Shown here in pieces: positions 58,113-64,000 of a stretch of 64,000 nt of DNA. Origin of the DNA: an uncultured Candidatus Entotheonella sp. (lineage in GTDB: Bacteria > Tectomicrobia > Entotheonellia > Entotheonellales > Entotheonellaceae); contig OZ244252.1 of NCBI GenBank assembly GCA_965217185.1, positions 3,712,001-3,776,000 on the forward strand, read 5' to 3'. The notes under the pieces are model-generated. The model saw nothing but the letters and a program-made list of their open reading frames with translations, ran no database searches and was not told the DNA's origin. Made by a program: the position numbers and the translations under genes. How positions within the stretch are numbered: the first letter of the stretch is position 1; each line of letters begins with the position of its first letter.

Positions 58113-58380
58113 CGTGACGCTTCGCCGATCCGCCTAACCAGGAGGCTCTTCAGAACGTGCCGTCCAGTCTCTCCGCATAGCCGCGTCAGCGGTTGCTTGC
58201 CCCAGTGTGCCCCATCCCTATTCTCGGGTTGTCGTGATTGCGGGCTGAGGTGCCCGGCATAGAGACGATGTTTACCAAGGCACAACGAGTCCGTGCTTCT
58301 TATGTATGGAAAGAAGCACGGCAAATTTTTGTTTTAAGGTGGAAAGGTGTCAACCATCCACTGAACTGAAAGGATAGACC

Positions 58381-59520
58381 ATGCAAAACGCTAAATTGAG
58401 AAAGAGGCTGTTCGCGATGTTGGCCGTTGCGGCCTTGACGGCGCTGTTTGTACTGGCCGGCTGCGGCGATGATGACGATGGTGAAGAGACGATGATGCCC
58501 GAGCCGATGGGCTACAAGGTTACGGTGACCAATAACCTGTCGGAAGAACTTTTCGCACCGATTGTCGTGACCCATGCCAGCAATGATAATCTCCTGTTCG
58601 ACGGCGACAACTATGTCACCATGGCGGCTCAGACGCAGATTCTTACCGGTAGCCCAGATGACGTGTCCGCGGCGATTGAAGCTGATGGAGGTTACGCGGT
58701 GATCGACAAGGGGACGGAGCCTGATCCCCATGGCAATATGGTTCTGCTAGGTCCCGACCAATCCATTGAGATCATGTTCGACGGCGATGCCACGGCGCTT
58801 CGTATCCTCGCCATGGTTGCGCCTACCATGTATGACGATCACTATGTCTCCGCGGTGGCGGACGTGCCGATGAATGGCTCCGTCACGGTGCCGCTTTCCC
58901 GGTTCGACATCGGCTACGATGAGATGACGATGGATAATATGCGGCTGATGGATATCCGGCTGGTTGCCGAGAACGCAGGAACGGTGACTATTGAACGCCT
59001 CGGCGACGCGATGGCGGACGATGGTGACATGATGGACGCGGTCACTTACACCGTCGAGGTGACTAATGACCTGTCCGAGTCCGGGGAACTCTTCGCCCCG
59101 ATTGTGGTGACCCGCGCGAACGATGAGCATTACCTGTTTGATGGCACCTATGTCACCGATGAGGCCAAGGACCAGATTCTTACCGGTAGCCCGGCTATGG
59201 TCATTGATGTCATCGGAGAAGACAACGCGGTGTTCGGCACGGGTTCTCTTATGCCTCCTCTGCTTACGCCTGGCGAACCCGCTTCAATCATGTTCGACAC
59301 CGACGCGACGGCGCTTCGCATTATCGCCATGGTCGCCCCCACCCCTGATTATCCGGACAACTACGTATCAGCGGTTGTGAACGTCGCCGATTTAATGTCC
59401 GATGAGTCCGTCACGGCGCCACTCACACGGTTTGACATCGGCGATGACGAAATGACGATGGATATCACTCGGATTGACGACGACATGACCGTTGGAACGG
59501 TGATGATCACCCGACAATAG
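58381..59520 (+). CDS. Lipoprotein with two tandem Spondin_N-like domains
   Basis: Lipobox LAGC; two ~170-aa repeats (Y.V.VTN.LS...FAPIVVT; ALRI.AMVAPT..D.YVSA; RFDIG.DEMT). Confidence 0.7.
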   Translation: MQNAKLRKRLFAMLAVAALTALFVLAGCGDDDDGEETMMPEPMGYKVTVTNNLSEELFAPIVVTHASNDNLLFDGDNYVTMAAQTQILTGSPDDVSAAIEADGGYAVIDKGTEPDPHGNMVLLGPDQSIEIMFDGDATALRILAMVAPTMYDDHYVSAVADVPMNGSVTVPLSRFDIGYDEMTMDNMRLMDIRLVAENAGTVTIERLGDAMADDGDMMDAVTYTVEVTNDLSESGELFAPIVVTRANDEHYLFDGTYVTDEAKDQILTGSPAMVIDVIGEDNAVFGTGSLMPPLLTPGEPASIMFDTDATALRIIAMVAPTPDYPDNYVSAVVNVADLMSDESVTAPLTRFDIGDDEMTMDITRIDDDMTVGTVMITRQ

Positions 59521-59582
59521 ACCGACCCGACGGCGTAACCTTCATGGGTGTATCCGACGACTGGACCGCCAAGGGTGCACCC

Positions 59583-60566
59583 ATGACAACCCCAACATCC
59601 CAACCTGACCGGCGAGACCCGGAGCAGGATGTTCCTGCTCTGCAATGGGCGCCGGGATGTGAGCCACAGCACGTCGAGGCCATCGAGACGGCCAACCGCC
59701 TGTTCGGGTGCGTGCGCCAAGCCTTGCACAGGGTGTACCCGGATTCCGGGGTGCACCCTTTTTTGTTGCGCGGCGTGGGCGCCCCTTTGGCTGTGGGCGG
59801 CGCCATGGCCGTCTACAAGCTGACCGTGCAATACGATCAGCATGCCTTCTCCCTGGTCTGCAAAATTCCCCACCAACGGCGCCTCGTGTACACGGCGGAC
59901 GCCGACGCACAAGTCCAAGATGACGCCACTTCCGGCCTTCTCGATACACTCGCCCACCTTGCCGGCACCGTGAACCGCCATGCGGCCGGGGTGTTTCCGC
60001 GCTGCGGCGGCGCGTGGCATTGGCGCGATGACGCCGGCGTGCCGCGCCATCTGCTCATCGAGGCGTTCATTCCCGGTGCGTCGGTGGAGCGGTTGTTGCT
60101 TCAGTACGAGCAGCGACTGCTGGCCGGCGAGCTGGACGCCGACGCTTACGCGCAGCACCGGGCTGACGCCGAGCGGCTGGCGGTAGCGACCTACGTGCGG
60201 TTGTGGGACGCCCTGGGCCGGCGGCTGTTCACCTCCGATCCCAGTCCGTGGAACGTTCTGGTGCGTGATGCCGATGCAGCGGGGGACGGGGCCGGGAGCG
60301 CCACGATCATCGACCTGCACAGCTTGCAGGAAGACGCCGGCTTTTCTTACGTGGTGCAGCGCCTTGCCGCCGTGTACGGGTTGCGTGACGAGGTGCTGGA
60401 GCGGGCGTTGCTTCCCGGTATTGTTGAGGCGGTGGGACAGGAAGAAGGGCGGCGCTTGCTGCTGGACAGCCTGCCGTGTCTGGAAGCCGCTGCCGCGACG
60501 GCGCGCCGCAACCTCGGCGTCGATACCCTGCAACCGCTGCTGCGGCTGATCCGGCGTATGGAATAA
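59583..60566 (+). CDS. Hypothetical protein, possible protein-kinase-like fold
   Basis: VCKI, LLIEAFIPG, TSDPSPWNVLV and IIDL resemble kinase subdomains II, V, VIb and VII; start 59544 or 59583. Confidence 0.55.
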   Translation: MTTPTSQPDRRDPEQDVPALQWAPGCEPQHVEAIETANRLFGCVRQALHRVYPDSGVHPFLLRGVGAPLAVGGAMAVYKLTVQYDQHAFSLVCKIPHQRRLVYTADADAQVQDDATSGLLDTLAHLAGTVNRHAAGVFPRCGGAWHWRDDAGVPRHLLIEAFIPGASVERLLLQYEQRLLAGELDADAYAQHRADAERLAVATYVRLWDALGRRLFTSDPSPWNVLVRDADAAGDGAGSATIIDLHSLQEDAGFSYVVQRLAAVYGLRDEVLERALLPGIVEAVGQEEGRRLLLDSLPCLEAAAATARRNLGVDTLQPLLRLIRRME

Positions 60567-60572
60567 CGGATT

Positions 60573-60603
60573 TGTCGGATTACGCTGCGCTAATCCGACC
60601 TAC
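60573..60603 (-). repeat. GTAG-family REP palindrome, copy 4
   Basis: TGTCGGATTACGCTGCGCTAATCCGACCTAC between convergent genes. Confidence 0.85.
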
Positions 60604-62489
60604 ACACTCTGCCGCTGCTCCAACTCGTCCCAGCGGGTATAGGCGGCATCGCGCTCGCCGTCCAGGGCCGTCAGCCGCTCCATGATGGCGTGGAAGGCCT
60701 TGGGATCCCTCTGGAAAAGTTGGGTGTCCTCAAGCTGGGCGTGCAGGATCGTCTGCTCGTTTTCCAGGGTTTCGATGGATTCCGGCAGCCCTTCGAGCTC
60801 GCGTTGCTCCTTGTAGGCCAGCGCTCGTCGTCGAGGCTGCTTGGTTGAGGCCGCCGCCGGACGCCGTTTGGCCGTGGGCGGCGCTTGCAAAGCCTGCTGC
60901 CAATCGCTGTATCCCCCGACATACTCCCGCACCCGCCCCTTGCCCTCGAAGGCATAAATCGACGTCACCACGCCGTCCAGAAAGGCGCGATCGTGGGATG
61001 CCAGCAGCAGGGTGCCGTCGTACTCCGCCAGCAATCCCTCCAACAGTTCCAGCGTCTCCGTGTCGAGATCGTTCGTCGGCTCATCCAGGACCAGGAGATT
61101 GGCCGGTTGCGTGAACAGCCGCGCCAGCAGCAGGCGGTTGCGCTCGCCGCCGGACAGGGTCTTGACCGGCGCCCGGATGCTCTGGCGTGGGAACAGGAAA
61201 TCCGCCAGATAACTGACCACGTGATGCGGCTTGCCGGCCACCATGACCTGATCGCCGCCGTGCGGGCAGAGGGTTTCCCACAGGGTGGCTTCGGGGTCCA
61301 ACTGGGCGCGCCGCTGATCGAAATAGACCTTTGACAGCTTGGTGCCGAAGCGCAGGCGTCCGGCGTCCGGCAGCAGTTCGCCCATGAGGATTTTGATCAG
61401 CGTCGATTTGCCGATGCCGTTCGGCCCGACCAGGCCGATGCGGTCGCCGCGCATGATGCGGGCCGAGAAATCGCGCAGCACCCCATAGTCGTCGAAAGTT
61501 TTGCTGATGCCCTCGGCGTCGACGACCATCTGGCCGGAGCGCGCGCCGCTGCTCAGGGTGAAACTGACCTGCCCCGCCACCTCGCGGCGTGCGCTCCGGC
61601 CTTCGCGCATGGCCATCAGGCGGCGCACGCGGCCTTCGTTACGCGTGCGGCGGGCGCGTACGCCTTGGCGTATCCAGACTTCCTCCTCCGCCAAGCGCTT
61701 GTCGAACTGCGCGGCTTCGGTGTCCTCAACGGCCAACAGGGCGTTTTTGTGCTCGCGGTAGGCCGTCCAGTTTGCGTGGAAGCGCCGCAGCCGCCCGCGG
61801 TCCAACTCGACGATGCCGGTGGCCAGGCGGTCGAGGAAGACGCGGTCGTGGGTGACGAAAACGAGCGTGCCGGGGAAGCTCAGCAGGTAGGATTCGAGCC
61901 ACTCGATGGAGCCGATGTCGAGATGGTTGGTCGGCTCGTCCAGGAGCAGCAATTCGGGATCGCCGACCAGGGCCTGTGCCAGGGCCACCCGGCGCTGCCA
62001 GCCGCTGGAAAGCGCGCCAACCCGTGCGGTGGGATCGAGTTGCAGCCGTGACAGCACGGTCTCCACCTGCGTGTGCAGGCGCCAGCCGTCCTGGCGCTCC
62101 AGTTCCGTCTGCAGGGTGTGCAGGCGCGTCATCAACGCCGTGGCCTCGGCGCCCTGCGCGACGGTCAGTTGGGCAGTGGCGTGGTGATAATCGGCGACGA
62201 CTTCACCCACCGCGCCCAGGGCATTGGTGAGCGCCTGCTCGACGGTGTGATCGGGATCAAGCACCGGCTCCTGCGGCACGAGCGCCAGGCGCAGCGCATG
62301 GGCGCGGTGCACCGTGCCGGCATCGGGCAGCAAATCGCCGGCCAGCAGCTTGAGGAGCGTGGATTTACCGCTGCCGTTGCGTCCCACCAAGGCGAGCCGC
62401 TCACCGGATTCGACTTGCAGCGCCGCCTCGTCCAGTAACGGCACGCGGTCGAAGGCCAGCGACACTTGTTCAAGGGCAAAAACTGCCAT
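60600..62489 (-). CDS. uup: ABC-F ATPase Uup
   Basis: Two ABC domains, EEVWIRQGVRARRTRNEGRVR linker, LSGGERNRL, YKEQRELEGLP C-terminal domain. Confidence 0.93.
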   Translation of the reverse strand: MAVFALEQVSLAFDRVPLLDEAALQVESGERLALVGRNGSGKSTLLKLLAGDLLPDAGTVHRAHALRLALVPQEPVLDPDHTVEQALTNALGAVGEVVADYHHATAQLTVAQGAEATALMTRLHTLQTELERQDGWRLHTQVETVLSRLQLDPTARVGALSSGWQRRVALAQALVGDPELLLLDEPTNHLDIGSIEWLESYLLSFPGTLVFVTHDRVFLDRLATGIVELDRGRLRRFHANWTAYREHKNALLAVEDTEAAQFDKRLAEEEVWIRQGVRARRTRNEGRVRRLMAMREGRSARREVAGQVSFTLSSGARSGQMVVDAEGISKTFDDYGVLRDFSARIMRGDRIGLVGPNGIGKSTLIKILMGELLPDAGRLRFGTKLSKVYFDQRRAQLDPEATLWETLCPHGGDQVMVAGKPHHVVSYLADFLFPRQSIRAPVKTLSGGERNRLLLARLFTQPANLLVLDEPTNDLDTETLELLEGLLAEYDGTLLLASHDRAFLDGVVTSIYAFEGKGRVREYVGGYSDWQQALQAPPTAKRRPAAASTKQPRRRALAYKEQRELEGLPESIETLENEQTILHAQLEDTQLFQRDPKAFHAIMERLTALDGERDAAYTRWDELEQRQSV

Positions 62490-62549
62490 CGTGTCTCAAT
62501 TCATGAAATACGTGCGAGGGAGGTTGAATCCGCCCTGCGCCGGCCCGGG

Positions 62550-63509
62550 TTAGACCGGCAGCAGGCCGTGCTTCTTGCGCATGGCGTTGATAGTGGCCCG
62601 GAAGCCGTCTTCCATGGTGAATTGCGGGCTGTAGCCAATGGCGGCCTCGGTCACCGAGGGGTCGTAGTTCATGCTGCCGACCGAGTGGCCGTCCTCGACC
62701 CGTAGGTCGGCGTCGGGCAGCAGCCGTTTGACGAACGCCACGGCGTCGCGCATCGATCCGGTGGTGCCGCAGATGGTGAGGCCCGACAGCGGGCACGGCG
62801 GCGCCTCGGTGGCCAGGTGGATGGCGCGGCCCACGTCTTCGGCGTATAGGAAATCCGGCGCGTCGTTGCCGTTGCGGATGACACCGGGTTCGCCGATGGC
62901 CGGCTTTTCCAGCAACTCGGTCATGAAATCGGCGCCCGTGCCGCGCGCCATGGTTAATGCCTTGCCGTAGCCGTAAACGACGGTGAAGCGCAGGCCGATG
63001 TTGTCGAGGCCGCGCTGGTTCTTGTAGTGCATGCCGAGGCTCTCGTTGAACGACTTGACGGCGCCGTAGAGGCCGGTCGGCTCGTGGTGGGCGTTGTTCT
63101 CGATGAATCCCTCGCGCTCCCCGGATATGCCGAACACGGCCACCGAACTGGCCCACACGACCTTGCTGACGCCCAACGCCAGCGCCGCCTCGAAGACGTT
63201 CAGCGTGCCCTCGCAATTGACTTTCAGCGTCCGCAATGGGTTGACCTCGCTGCTGACGCTTAGCGTGGCCGCCAGATGCACGACCCGCTGCGCCTGCGCG
63301 CTTCCCATGGCCCGCAACACGGCCGGCAGATCGGTCACGTCGCCGCTTATCAACTGCACCTCGTCCGCCGCCGGGCCGCCAAGCACGTCGGCCAAGTACT
63401 CCCGGTTCAGCATCAGATCGAACACCGTCACCCGGTGGCCCGCCTCGACCAGCGCCTTCACCGCGTAGGCACCCACGAAACCCGTTCCGCCTGTTACGAG
63501 GTAATTCAC
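62550..63509 (-). CDS. NAD-dependent epimerase/dehydratase
   Basis: LVTGGTGFVG, HLAA, WASSVAVFG, YGAVK. Confidence 0.9.
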   Translation of the reverse strand: MNYLVTGGTGFVGAYAVKALVEAGHRVTVFDLMLNREYLADVLGGPAADEVQLISGDVTDLPAVLRAMGSAQAQRVVHLAATLSVSSEVNPLRTLKVNCEGTLNVFEAALALGVSKVVWASSVAVFGISGEREGFIENNAHHEPTGLYGAVKSFNESLGMHYKNQRGLDNIGLRFTVVYGYGKALTMARGTGADFMTELLEKPAIGEPGVIRNGNDAPDFLYAEDVGRAIHLATEAPPCPLSGLTICGTTGSMRDAVAFVKRLLPDADLRVEDGHSVGSMNYDPSVTEAAIGYSPQFTMEDGFRATINAMRKKHGLLPV

Positions 63510-63711
63510 GTCTCACTCCCCCAGCCGTGTGGTTTGAACGTACTCTCAGACCTTCATGAAGCCCGCCGGATGATATCGCACCCCTCCCAGCCGGGCAACA
63601 CGCCCGCCCCGGTTCGGCGGCGCTAGATTTCCGTCTGGTAAAATGATGCGGCTTACGAGTACGATGCGCTGTCGAGTCGTCAGCCTGTGACGGATATCTG
63701 GAGAATACGTG

Positions 63712-64000
63712 ATGTGGGCATGGGTCAAAGAGAACGGCACGGGGTTGCTTGCTATTGCTGCAGTGTTAACTTTACTGTTCAACGTGGTGAGCGCCAGGAT
63801 CGACACCAAGTTCGAGGCCATGAACCAACGCTTCGACGATCTGATTCAGAGCATGAATCAGCGCTTTGACGCTGTTGACCAGCGTTTTGTGGATCTGATT
63901 CAGAGCACGAACCAGCGTTTTGATGCCGTTGACCAGCGTATGGACCGCATGACCGACTCGATCGATGCGCTACACGGCGACCTTGTGCGGCTTGGTGAGC
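63712..64000 (+). CDS. Membrane-anchored coiled-coil repeat protein (runs off the window)
   Basis: GGAG RBS; MWAWVKENGTGLLAIAAVLTLLF then MNQRFDDLIQSMNQRFDAVDQRFVDLIQSTNQRFDAVDQR; 54-bp tandem duplication at about 63838-63939. Confidence 0.7.
   Translation, partial: MWAWVKENGTGLLAIAAVLTLLFNVVSARIDTKFEAMNQRFDDLIQSMNQRFDAVDQRFVDLIQSTNQRFDAVDQRMDRMTDSIDALHGDLVRLGE

Noticed and set aside
1..64000. KOPS (GGGNAGGG) polarity switch that would mark this as the chromosome terminus
   Set aside because: The few occurrences seen by eye lie on both strands on both sides of the array; uninformative without a genome-wide computation.

Overview
A 64-kb, high-GC, Gram-negative bacterial chromosomal segment. 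It has TonB receptor, lipoprotein and Tat genes; the gene mix is reminiscent of host- or sponge-associated lineages, which is inference only. It carries housekeeping genes (icd/leuB-family dehydrogenase, His6-type hisA, xseA-xseB-ispA-tlyA, panC, cobB, alkA, tatA, two ABC-F ATPases) and a cobamide salvage/remodelling locus (cbiZ-cbiB-cobO, a cobalamin riboswitch, btuBFCD). Three tandem secreted AHL-lactonase-like paralogues sit upstream of a Gld-type ABC operon, and a DUF1302-DUF1329-YCF48-RND uptake cluster ends in a P450. There are four GTAG-type REP palindromes and several pseudogenes. The standout feature is at about 40.0-42.1 kb: five directly repeated dif-like (XerC/XerD-type) sites, consensus ACTTCyGATAA-N6/7-TTATGTCAmmT, each with a different spacer. 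They separate four AT-richer single-gene cassettes next to a Phd-ParE toxin-antitoxin pair, with no recombinase in the window. This is a candidate integron-like, Xer-driven chromosomal gene-cassette array. All functional calls come from motif recognition by eye, not database searches.
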